Shown piece by piece: positions 46,821 to 54,624 of a stretch of 54,624 nucleotides of DNA. The position numbers and the translations under genes are program-made. Under the pieces are notes generated by a model. That model did not search any database. It was not told the DNA's origin and saw only the letters and a list, made by a program, of their open reading frames with translations. Position 1 is the stretch's first letter. The number at the start of each line of letters is the position of its first letter. The stretch is taken from assembly GCA_040384365.1 (NCBI GenBank), contig JAZKJK010000014.1, positions 1 to 54,624 of the forward strand, written 5' to 3'. This stretch comes from Patescibacteria group bacterium (GTDB lineage Bacteria > Patescibacteriota > Minisyncoccia > Phycocordibacterales > UBA9973).

Positions 46821-49800
46821 TTAGACCTCTTTCACCGCTTCTATAATGATACTTTTTTCGCCGTTACGCAAAGAGACTTTGCCGGAGAGGGCAATGCACT
46901 TCTCCGCCACCAATATATCAATAGATTCTTTGAAGATTGAAGGGAAACAGACGACTTCTATTGAATCCGTCAAATCGGCGATCTTTAGGAAGGCCATTCT
47001 TTCATTGTTTTTGGTGACGACTTGCCTTGAAGTCTCTATGATGCCGGCGATAGTCACCGATATGCCATTTCCAATCTCTGCTTTTATTTTCTTAATATTT
47101 ATATCTCGACTTTCTAATTTTTCACGGATACGGTCTAGTGGATGTCCGGAAATATAAAGTCCTAGCAGTTCTTTTTCCCAAAGTAGTTTTTCTGCTTGGG
47201 TGGCCGGTGTGGCATTTTGTAATTTGAATTCTGGAGCCTTGATGGAATTTGCACCGCCGAAGAGAGAGACTTGATTTTCGTCCTGTTTATTTGTCTCGTG
47301 ATTATATTCGAGCATGGCTTCCAAGTTTGATAGCAGCACTCCTCGATCAGCCCATTCGTCCATACATCCGGATTTGATCAAGGCTTCCATCGATTTTTTA
47401 TTTAAATTTTTATGTTTGATTCTATCTAGGAAGTCCGTGATTGATTTAAATTTACCGTTCAATTTTCTCTCAGCGATAATGCTATCGGCAATATCCGTTC
47501 CAAGATGTTTAATCGTGTAGAATCCAAATCTTATTTTTTCACTTTTATTTTCAGCGCTTATAACGATGTCTTTTTCTTTTGGTATGCAAGTAAATCCGCC
47601 ATAACTTTCATTAATATGTGGAGGGAGAACTGGAATATTCATATTTTTACATTCTTGAATTATTTCAGCAATTTTCTCTACATCACCAGATTCAGCTGTG
47701 AGTATTGAAGCCATATATTCCACAGGGTAATTTGCTTTCATATACGCCGTCTGGTAAGCGACTTTACCATACGAAGCTGCATGAGCCTTGCCGAATCCAT
47801 ATGCTTGAAAAGGTTCAAACAGTTTCCAAAGTTTTTCGGCGAATTCTGGAGTTTGTCCGTTCGCTATGATGCCTTTTGTCAATTTTTCTCTCTGCGCGGC
47901 CATTTCTGCCGGTATTTTTTTACCGACGGCCTTGCGGAATTTATCAGCTTCTTCCCAGTTGTAGCCAGCGAGTTCGATTGATGAAAGCAAAAGGTCATCT
48001 TGATAGACTATAAGCCCGTAAGAATCACCTAGATATTTTTTCATTCTAGGGTCTAGGTATTTGATGAGTCTAGGATTATGTTTACGTTTAATATATTCAG
48101 GAATGGATTCCATCGGTCCTGGGCGATACAGGGCGACCATGGCATTGATGTCGTGAATTGATGTTGGCTTTAATTCTTTCAAATACCGTGTCATACCCGA
48201 ACCGTTTAATTGAAAGAGCCCTTCAGTCTGGCCAGACGCCAGTAATTCAAAAGTTTTTTTATCATCGAGCGGTATATTTTCTATGTCTATGTCTATATTA
48301 TAAAATCTTTTAACTTTTGAGACCGCATCTGCCAAAATTGATAAATTTCTTATACCAAGAAAGTCGAATTTCAAAAGTCCTGCTTCCTCGATACTATACA
48401 TATCATACTGAGTTATTATTTTCCCAGAACCATCTGTGCCTCCTTTCGGGTCGTATTGCAGCGGTACATATTCTACGAGTGGGAGCGGTGAAATGACTAC
48501 TCCGGCCGCATGTACGGAAATGTGCCTCACGCATCCTTCAAGTTTTTTTGCAAGATCTATTATTTCTTTCGTATCTTTTTCTGTCTTATACGCTTGTGCG
48601 AGTTCTGGGACTATTTCCATCGCATGGTCTATGGTCATTGGCATACCTTGGGAGCCCATCGGGATCATCTTTGAAAGTCTATCGCCGATAGTATAGGGGT
48701 GCGCTAGGGCGCGAGCGACGTCTTTGACCGCGCCACGCGCCATCATCGTACCAAAAGTTCCAATCTGCGCCACTTTATCTTCGCCGTATTTTTTCTTTAC
48801 ATACTCAATCATCTCGTCACGTCTATTATCAGCAAAATCCATATCTATATCTGGTGCGGAAGGACGGAAAGGATTCAAGAATCTTTCGAACGGTATTTTG
48901 TAATCTATCGGGTTTACATTTGTAATTCCCAGAAGATATGTCGCCATCGAACCTGCGACTGATCCTCGAATTGTAGTCAAAATTCCGTTTTCTTTGGCAT
49001 AATGCATCAGATCTCCAACTACCAAGAAATATGGCGAGTAGCCTTTGTCAAAAATAACTTTCAGTTCATATTCTACGCGCTCCAATACAGGCTTTGTTTG
49101 TTCGATTCCCATATTTTTAAAGCCAGCATATACAAGCTCACGCATTTTCTGATCTGCTGTTTTCCCCCCCTCAATTTTGAAATCCGGGAAAACCCATTTT
49201 CCTAGCTCAAGTTCCAAGTTGCACATATCAGCTATCTTCATCGTGTTTTCTACTGCCTCTGGAATATCCTTGAAGACTTCTAGAGCTTTTTTGGTGTCAA
49301 TAAAAGAAAAATCATCATCCGAGAATTCAAACTTGGCGCCATCTTTTCCATCGCCCTGAGTATTTATCTGGAGCAGGGTGTGGTGCGCATCGTGATCGTC
49401 ACTACAGGGGTAGTGTGAATCCTGTGTTGCGACGAGAGGGATGTCATGCTTTTTGCCGAGGGCTATCAGTGCCTCCCGCACAGTTTTGTCATTTTCCACC
49501 GATGGGTGACATTGAATTTCTATAAAATAATTTCCTTTGCCGAAAATTTCTTGATATTCTAAAACCAATTCGTCTGCTTTCTTCAAGTCACCTTTCATTA
49601 CTGTCTGTGAAAGTTCTCCACCGAGACATCCAGATAGGGCGATGATGCCCTCCGAATATTTCCGGAGTATTTCTTTATCCATTCTTGGTTTGTAATAATA
49701 TCCTTCTAGGTTGGCGATAGTCACTAGCTTCATTAGATTCTTATAACCCTCCAGATTTTTCGCTAGCAAGATGAGGTGATAGTAGCGTTTGGTGCCTCCG

Positions 49801-50066
49801 GCTTCGGTCGTTCTGTCTTTACGACTGCCGGCAGTCATGTACGCTTCGACGCCGATAATCGGCTTGATGCCTTCTTTTTTGGCAAGTTTGTAAAATTCGA
49901 TGGCGCCGTACATGTTGCCGTGGTCCGTGATAGCCATTGCCGGCATATTGAATTTCTTAGCAAGTTCAATCAAGCGTTCAGGTTTTGAAAGCCCGTCTAA
50001 AAGGGAATAGTGCGAGTGGGTATGCAAATGCACGAATTTTAAGCTTGCCTTTTCTTTTGCTTCCAT
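46821..50066 (-). CDS. dnaE: DNA polymerase III alpha subunit
   Basis: PHP domain HLHTHSHYSLLDG, RGS.AGS, PDIDMDF, KFDFLG, FGKAHA, OB fold; the ORF-track 5' extension overlaps gap, so start set at 50066. Confidence 0.97.
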   Translation of the reverse strand: MEAKEKASLKFVHLHTHSHYSLLDGLSKPERLIELAKKFNMPAMAITDHGNMYGAIEFYKLAKKEGIKPIIGVEAYMTAGSRKDRTTEAGGTKRYYHLILLAKNLEGYKNLMKLVTIANLEGYYYKPRMDKEILRKYSEGIIALSGCLGGELSQTVMKGDLKKADELVLEYQEIFGKGNYFIEIQCHPSVENDKTVREALIALGKKHDIPLVATQDSHYPCSDDHDAHHTLLQINTQGDGKDGAKFEFSDDDFSFIDTKKALEVFKDIPEAVENTMKIADMCNLELELGKWVFPDFKIEGGKTADQKMRELVYAGFKNMGIEQTKPVLERVEYELKVIFDKGYSPYFLVVGDLMHYAKENGILTTIRGSVAGSMATYLLGITNVNPIDYKIPFERFLNPFRPSAPDIDMDFADNRRDEMIEYVKKKYGEDKVAQIGTFGTMMARGAVKDVARALAHPYTIGDRLSKMIPMGSQGMPMTIDHAMEIVPELAQAYKTEKDTKEIIDLAKKLEGCVRHISVHAAGVVISPLPLVEYVPLQYDPKGGTDGSGKIITQYDMYSIEEAGLLKFDFLGIRNLSILADAVSKVKRFYNIDIDIENIPLDDKKTFELLASGQTEGLFQLNGSGMTRYLKELKPTSIHDINAMVALYRPGPMESIPEYIKRKHNPRLIKYLDPRMKKYLGDSYGLIVYQDDLLLSSIELAGYNWEEADKFRKAVGKKIPAEMAAQREKLTKGIIANGQTPEFAEKLWKLFEPFQAYGFGKAHAASYGKVAYQTAYMKANYPVEYMASILTAESGDVEKIAEIIQECKNMNIPVLPPHINESYGGFTCIPKEKDIVISAENKSEKIRFGFYTIKHLGTDIADSIIAERKLNGKFKSITDFLDRIKHKNLNKKSMEALIKSGCMDEWADRGVLLSNLEAMLEYNHETNKQDENQVSLFGGANSIKAPEFKLQNATPATQAEKLLWEKELLGLYISGHPLDRIREKLESRDINIKKIKAEIGNGISVTIAGIIETSRQVVTKNNERMAFLKIADLTDSIEVVCFPSIFKESIDILVAEKCIALSGKVSLRNGEKSIIIEAVKEV

Positions 50067-50085
50067 TTTTAATATAATAGCATAC
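50067..50085. promoter_or_regulatory. Overlapping bidirectional -10 elements for leaderless dnaE and gap
   Basis: + TATAAT 50073-50078, 7 nt before the gap ATG; - TGcTATTAT (hexamer 50079-50074), 7 nt before the dnaE ATG. Confidence 0.7.
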
Positions 50086-51111
50086 ATGAAAACAATCAAA
50101 GTTGGCATTAACGGGTTTGGCAGAATAGGCAGAGCATTTTTAAAAGTCGCTTGGGAGAGGCCTGAGATTGAAATAGTCGCGGTCAATGATCTCGGCAGTG
50201 TGGAGAACATGGCCTACCTTTTGAAATACGATACTGTGTACAAAAAATGGGATCATGACGTAAAAGCCGAGGGACAGGAAATAATAATTGGCAGCAAGAG
50301 GGTAAAAGTTTTGGCCGTCAAAGATCCAAAAGAATTACCTTGGAAAGATTTAGGAGTAGATGTCGTCGTAGAATCCACCGGACTTTTCGTGACTTATGAT
50401 AAAGCCAAAGCGCACATTGATGCAGGTGCGAAAAAAGTAGTCATTTCGGCTCCAGCCAAAGACGGGGACGGTAGTGTCATGGGCGAGACTATTTTGCTCG
50501 GAGTTAATGAAGACAAATTTGGTACTTGCGATATTACTTCCAATGGTTCTTGTACTACTAATGCTTCTAGTCCTTTGATTGCAATTTTACATGAGGCTCT
50601 CGGTATTGAGAAAGCAATGTTGAATACTACACATTCATATACTGGATCTCAAGCCTTAGTGGATGGTCCTTCTAAAAAAGATTATAGAGATGGTCGTGCG
50701 GCTGCTCAAAATCTTGTTCCTGCTTCTACTGGAGCTGCAATTTCTGTAACAGAAGCAATTCCAGAACTTGCTGGTAAATTCGATGGTGTTGCTGTGCGAG
50801 TCCCTACTGTTTGTGAATCTATTACCGATATTACATTTATTTCTAAAAGAAATACTACTGTGCAAGAAGTTAATGATATATTGAGAAAAGCATCAAAAGA
50901 TCCACGTTGGGAAAAAGTTTTTGATGTAGTTGAAGAGCCTGTGGTGTCGAGTGATATGATAGGAAATACGCATGCTTCAATCGCAGATTTACTTTTAACT
51001 AAAGTAGTAGATGGAAACCTTGTGAAAGTTATGGGTTGGTATGACAACGAAATGGGGTATACGAATACGCTAGTGGAGCATGTGATTAAAACGGGAGGAG
51101 CGATAAAATAA
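50086..51111 (+). CDS. gap: Glyceraldehyde-3-phosphate dehydrogenase, type I
   Basis: GINGFGRIGR, ESTG, SNGSCTTN, PASTGAA, RVPT, WYDNE. Confidence 0.97.
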   Translation: MKTIKVGINGFGRIGRAFLKVAWERPEIEIVAVNDLGSVENMAYLLKYDTVYKKWDHDVKAEGQEIIIGSKRVKVLAVKDPKELPWKDLGVDVVVESTGLFVTYDKAKAHIDAGAKKVVISAPAKDGDGSVMGETILLGVNEDKFGTCDITSNGSCTTNASSPLIAILHEALGIEKAMLNTTHSYTGSQALVDGPSKKDYRDGRAAAQNLVPASTGAAISVTEAIPELAGKFDGVAVRVPTVCESITDITFISKRNTTVQEVNDILRKASKDPRWEKVFDVVEEPVVSSDMIGNTHASIADLLLTKVVDGNLVKVMGWYDNEMGYTNTLVEHVIKTGGAIK

Positions 51112-51113
51112 AT

Positions 51114-51455
51114 ATGAAAAAAGCAATAATTGTAATTATAGTAGTCATAATTATAGCTGCAACTTTCCTTCCAATTTATAATGGCAGGGTCGGAGGTTGT
51201 GGAGTTGTTGAGGGAGGTGGCTGTTGGAATTATAAATTGAATCTTATTGAGTACATTAAGTATAAAAACAATCCTGAATCAGAATTGTTAAAAGAATGTC
51301 CAGATAAAATGATCTGGAATAAAATGCCTTCAACTGGATATTCAAAAATTCCTCGATCTTATTACATTAAAGACGGAGTCCGCAAAGAGATTCAAGAATA
51401 TGACGGTGGATGGCTAAGAGCCAACTGTACTATTTCGGTTCAGGAAGTTTATTAA
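51114..51455 (+). CDS. Hypothetical secreted/membrane-anchored Cys-containing protein
   Basis: N-terminal hydrophobic helix, four Cys, CPDKMIWNKMP. Confidence 0.65.
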   Translation: MKKAIIVIIVVIIIAATFLPIYNGRVGGCGVVEGGGCWNYKLNLIEYIKYKNNPESELLKECPDKMIWNKMPSTGYSKIPRSYYIKDGVRKEIQEYDGGWLRANCTISVQEVY

Positions 51456-51464
51456 CTAGCAAGT

Positions 51465-51488
51465 AACTAGCAAGAACCGTTCTTGCTA
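51465..51488. repeat. 24-nt hairpin direct repeat flanking fic, copy 1
   Basis: AACTAGCAAGAACCGTTCTTGCTA; preceded by an 11-nt tandem duplication TAACTAGCAAG (51453-51474). Confidence 0.8.
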
Positions 51489-51535
51489 CATGATAGTTTT
51501 TTAGAGTTAGCTAAAAATTATGGTATAATGAGGAC

Positions 51536-52090
51536 ATGCAGAATCAAAATGTTGACGAAATCAGTAAGGAACGAGCCAAGAAACTTTTTGGTAGTAATGA
51601 AATAAAAAGTTTTGAAACGGGTACAATCAAGGGTCTACAGCAGATCCACAAATACTTGTTTGGGGAGCTTTATGATTTCGCTGGTCAGATCCGCGTTAAG
51701 GATATAAGCAAAGGCGGATTTCGATTCGCTTCCCACTTATATCTGGAAGAAAGTTTGAATAAAATCGGAGAAATGCCGGAAAATACTTTTGAAGAAATTG
51801 TGGCCAAATATGTGGAGATGAATGTCGCTCATCCATTTATGGAGGGCAATGGTCGGAGTATGAGAATTTGGCTGGATTTAATTTTTAAAAAAAATCTCAA
51901 ACAGTGTGTGAATTGGGCGAAGATCGACAAAGCTGACTATTTAAATGCCATGGAGCGTAGCCCTGTGAACGCCATCGAAATTCGCGAGCTTTTGCGTTCC
52001 GCTTTGACCAATAAAATTGATGACCGTGAAGTTTTCATGAAGGGTGTAGAGCAGTCGTATTATTACGAAGAGGAGGATTTTTATAAATAA
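51536..52090 (+). CDS. fic: Class III Fic protein adenylyltransferase (NmFic-like)
   Basis: Canonical [12 protein letters not shown]; C-terminal inhibitory helix SYYYE. Confidence 0.92.
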   Translation: MQNQNVDEISKERAKKLFGSNEIKSFETGTIKGLQQIHKYLFGELYDFAGQIRVKDISKGGFRFASHLYLEESLNKIGEMPENTFEEIVAKYVEMNVAHPFMEGNGRSMRIWLDLIFKKNLKQCVNWAKIDKADYLNAMERSPVNAIEIRELLRSALTNKIDDREVFMKGVEQSYYYEEEDFYK

Positions 52091-52096
52091 TAAAGA

Positions 52097-52122
52097 AACT
52101 AGCAAGAAACGTTCTTGCTAGT
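52097..52122. repeat. Hairpin direct repeat flanking fic, copy 2
   Basis: AACTAGCAAGAAACGTTCTTGCTAGT; 23/24 identical to copy 1; 6 nt after the stop. Confidence 0.8.
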
Positions 52123-52154
52123 GGTCAAAATTATTAAAAAAATAAAATAAATTT

Positions 52155-52460
52155 ATGAAACAAAAAAGATATTGGTTGAGGGGGGCTTTGATTTTTGGTC
52201 TAATTTTATTGCCTCTATTTTTCATAAATGAAAACAATCAATTTCTTTTTATTCCTCTATTTATAATTTGGACTGCCCTTGGGGTAACCTTATTTGCTCC
52301 ATTTTTTATTACCGTAGGCGAACCCATAATTGCAATAACGGGCCATCCCAAATTTATTGGATTCCTTATTGTTTGGGTTTTCTATGTATTGGTGGGTATA
52401 ATCGCTGGCTGGATTTACGGAAAAATTAAAAATAGAAATAAAGTTGACCAAGTGCTATAA
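52155..52460 (+). CDS. Hypothetical membrane protein (3 TM)
   Basis: RYWLRG N-terminus, hydrophobic segments, GWIYGKIKNR C-terminus. Confidence 0.7.
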   Translation: MKQKRYWLRGALIFGLILLPLFFINENNQFLFIPLFIIWTALGVTLFAPFFITVGEPIIAITGHPKFIGFLIVWVFYVLVGIIAGWIYGKIKNRNKVDQVL

Positions 52461-52468
52461 TAAACTCC

Positions 52469-52951
52469 ATGAAAATTTTTATTGGAACAGATCATGCGGG
52501 ATACGTGCTCAAGGAGAAGCTGGTGACATCTCTGCAGGGCGAAGGCTATGAGGTCATAGATAAAGGCGCATTTACATACGATGAACACGACGATTATCCT
52601 GATTTTGTAATTCCAGTTGCAGAAGAGGTGAGCAAGGATGGAGACCGAGTTAAAGGCATCATCCTGGGAGCCACCGGACAGGGGGAAGCCATTGCCGCAA
52701 ATAAATTCCCGCATGTTCGAGCGGTAGTTTATTATGGCAAATCTGAATGTATAGTAGATGATGAGGCGGATATAATCGTTCGTTCTCGTGAGCACAACAA
52801 TTCCAATATTTTATCTCTTGGCGCTAGATTTTTAACCGAAGAAGAGATGATGAGCGCGGTGGACCTTTGGCTCAAGACTCCTTACACTGGTTCAGAGCGT
52901 CATGTTCACCGGTTGGCAAAAATAGACACGATTAAAATATCCGACAAATAA
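52469..52951 (+). CDS. rpiB: Ribose-5-phosphate isomerase B family
   Basis: IGTDHAG..LKE, DYPD, GATGQGEAIAANK (Glu-type), REHNNSNILSLGAR, RH..RL.KI. Confidence 0.92.
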   Translation: MKIFIGTDHAGYVLKEKLVTSLQGEGYEVIDKGAFTYDEHDDYPDFVIPVAEEVSKDGDRVKGIILGATGQGEAIAANKFPHVRAVVYYGKSECIVDDEADIIVRSREHNNSNILSLGARFLTEEEMMSAVDLWLKTPYTGSERHVHRLAKIDTIKISDK

Positions 52952-52965
52952 TTTGCCATTCTCCA

Positions 52966-53766
52966 ATGAAAAATAAATCTAAAGAACTGAAAGTAGCGAT
53001 CAAAGCTGCTCTCAAAGCTGGAAAAGTTTTAGAGAAATATTTTGAGACAGAAATACTAAAGGAGATTAAGGAAGACAAAAGTATTGTAACTCTAGCTGAT
53101 AGAGAGTCTGAAGAAATAATAAAAAAAATAATATCCGGCGCTTTTCCAAACCATTCTATTTTAGGGGAGGAGACCGGTATGACAGAAAATAAAAGTGAGT
53201 ATGTCTGGCACGTTGATCCTGTGGATGGTACAAAAAATTTTGCAAATGGAATTCCCCTTTTCGCAGTCTCTGTCGCGTTGGCCTATAAAAACGAGGTTAT
53301 AGTAGCTGTGGTGTATAATCCTGCCGTTAATTCATTGTTTTACGCGGAAAAAAATAAAGGCGCGTATTTTAACGATAAGAAAATTCAGGTGTCAAAAGAT
53401 GATACGATTCATAGTATAGTTTCGGGTGGCAAAAGCAGGACAGATGAAGATAGAAAGCTATACCGTAGACTTATGTATGATTTACCTGAAATGTTTAAGG
53501 GTTTGACAGTACGAGATTTTGGATCTGTAGCTCTCGAATTAGGTTATGTGGCGCGTGGTTCATTTGAGGCCACTATTCAAATAGGACTACATTCATACGA
53601 TTTTGCTGCAGGAATTTTGCTCGTGCAAGAATCCGGAGGTAAAGTTACCAATTTTGACGGTACGGCCTATAAATTCCCCGGCAATTATTTTATCGCTTCC
53701 AATGGAGTTTTTCACGATTTACTGGTTAAAGAAGTGCAGGAACAAAAAACTAAATTGGGTATATAA
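52966..53766 (+). CDS. Inositol monophosphatase family protein (SuhB/FBPase-IV-like)
   Basis: VT.AD, GEE, W.VDPVDGTKNF, GS.AL, YDFAAG.L.VQESGG.VT. Confidence 0.9.
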   Translation: MKNKSKELKVAIKAALKAGKVLEKYFETEILKEIKEDKSIVTLADRESEEIIKKIISGAFPNHSILGEETGMTENKSEYVWHVDPVDGTKNFANGIPLFAVSVALAYKNEVIVAVVYNPAVNSLFYAEKNKGAYFNDKKIQVSKDDTIHSIVSGGKSRTDEDRKLYRRLMYDLPEMFKGLTVRDFGSVALELGYVARGSFEATIQIGLHSYDFAAGILLVQESGGKVTNFDGTAYKFPGNYFIASNGVFHDLLVKEVQEQKTKLGI

Positions 53767-53776
53767 TAAAAGCATT

Positions 53777-54624
53777 ATGGCAGAAATAATTCCGGCAATT
53801 TTAGAAAAAAATTTTAGTGAAATAAAAAATAAACTTACGGCTCTCCGCGAGCAGGCAAGGTTTGTGCATATCGACATATGTGATGGGGTGTCCGTGCCGA
53901 GTCAGAGCTGGCCTTTTTCCTCGGGCGGTTCGGATGATTATGATTTTCGAAAAATTATAAACGAAGAAGAGGGGATGCCATTCTGGGAAGAGTTTGATTT
54001 TGAATTTGATTTGATGGTGGCGGATGCTGTGGAGAATTTCGATTTATATATAAAGTTGGGACCGAAGAGGATTATTTTTCACCCAGATTTAGGCGGAAGC
54101 ACGGAGGAATTTGAAAATTTCTTAGAAGGTTTGGATATGTATATCCGAGATAATGTACAGATAGGCATGGCTTTCAAGCCGAGTGATGATCTGGCCATTG
54201 TTTCAAAGTTGTCCAATAAGGCTGATTTCTTACATTGCATGGGTTCGGATAAGATTGGTTTTCAAGGCGAAGCTTTTTCAGAAAAAGCACTAGAAAATAT
54301 TTTAAAGGCATATGAAAAAGACTCTACCGTTAACAAACATATCCGTTATTGGATGGGCAGAGCATACCACCTAAATTATAAATTTGACGAAGCACTTCTT
54401 TCTTATAATATCTACAAAAATACTTTACGTAAAAAAGACCAACGCAGCGAAGATTTGAGATTACACTTAGAACAATCTGCGGAAGCAAAAAAACAATCTG
54501 AATCTCCTCAAAATTATTTGGTACAAAACATGGGCAACCATGTAAACAGTACATTCTCTGACCATAGCCCTGTTATTTCAAACGATGGACAAACTATTTA
54601 CTTTACTTCTAGAAGGGAAACAAG
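53777..54624 (+). CDS. rpe: Ribulose-phosphate 3-epimerase-like N-terminal ~175 aa fused in frame to an unrelated TPR/PD40 sequence; runs off the window (not in ORF track)
   Basis: Own translation: MAEIIPAIL...VHIDICDG...EFDLMV...IIFH...CMG..IGFQGEAF; the expected VDGG is missing and is replaced by YWMGRAYHLNYKFDEA...NMGNHVNSTFSDHSPVISNDGQTIYFTSRR. Confidence 0.75.
   Translation, partial: MAEIIPAILEKNFSEIKNKLTALREQARFVHIDICDGVSVPSQSWPFSSGGSDDYDFRKIINEEEGMPFWEEFDFEFDLMVADAVENFDLYIKLGPKRIIFHPDLGGSTEEFENFLEGLDMYIRDNVQIGMAFKPSDDLAIVSKLSNKADFLHCMGSDKIGFQGEAFSEKALENILKAYEKDSTVNKHIRYWMGRAYHLNYKFDEALLSYNIYKNTLRKKDQRSEDLRLHLEQSAEAKKQSESPQNYLVQNMGNHVNSTFSDHSPVISNDGQTIYFTSRRET

Noticed and set aside
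50067-50210. 48-aa N-terminal extension of DnaE in the ORF track
   Set aside because: It is antisense to the conserved gap N-terminus; the PHP domain begins just after Met at 50066, which has its own -10 box.
1-54624. CRISPR array, integron or diversity-generating retroelement
   Set aside because: Repeats occur only as pairs around genes, not as regularly spaced arrays. No cas, tyrosine integrase or reverse transcriptase gene was seen, and no attC-type GTTRRRY/RYYYAAC ends.

Overview
A 54.6-kb, AT-rich, gene-dense bacterial segment using the standard code (TGA is used as a stop). Gene content and style point to a Patescibacteria/CPR (Parcubacteria, Nomurabacteria-like) genome: shortened MurE and IF-2, a tandem array of VirB2/TrbC-like pilins and a GH130 cluster. 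This taxonomic call is inference. Core genes are murE-murD-murC, rpsA, gyrA, rbfA-infB, a cysteine desulfurase, clpB, msrB/msrA, hpf, fmt-def-hisS-lepB, pth, dnaE, gap, rpiB, an IMPase and a partial rpe, plus six tRNAs. The main unexplained structure is a layer of palindromic DNA. (i) Single accessory genes are each bracketed by a directly repeated 20-24-nt hairpin: a RAYT/Y1 HUH transposase, a class III Fic toxin, an ArsR gene and a DUF1428 pair. (ii) Palindromes are inserted in frame inside infB, fmt and the cysteine desulfurase gene. (iii) Branched palindromic elements of about 110-125 bp lie at gene ends. Together these suggest a RAYT/REP-type system of hairpin-bounded gene cassettes. Many genes have a -10 hexamer 6-8 nt before the ATG and no Shine-Dalgarno, which implies leaderless mRNAs; one 19-bp bidirectional promoter serves both dnaE and gap. 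A very basic 41-aa ORF is absent from the ORF track. The last ~320 bp switch in frame from rpe to a Bacteroidetes-like TPR/PD40 protein, probably an assembly chimera. All calls were made by eye, without database searches.
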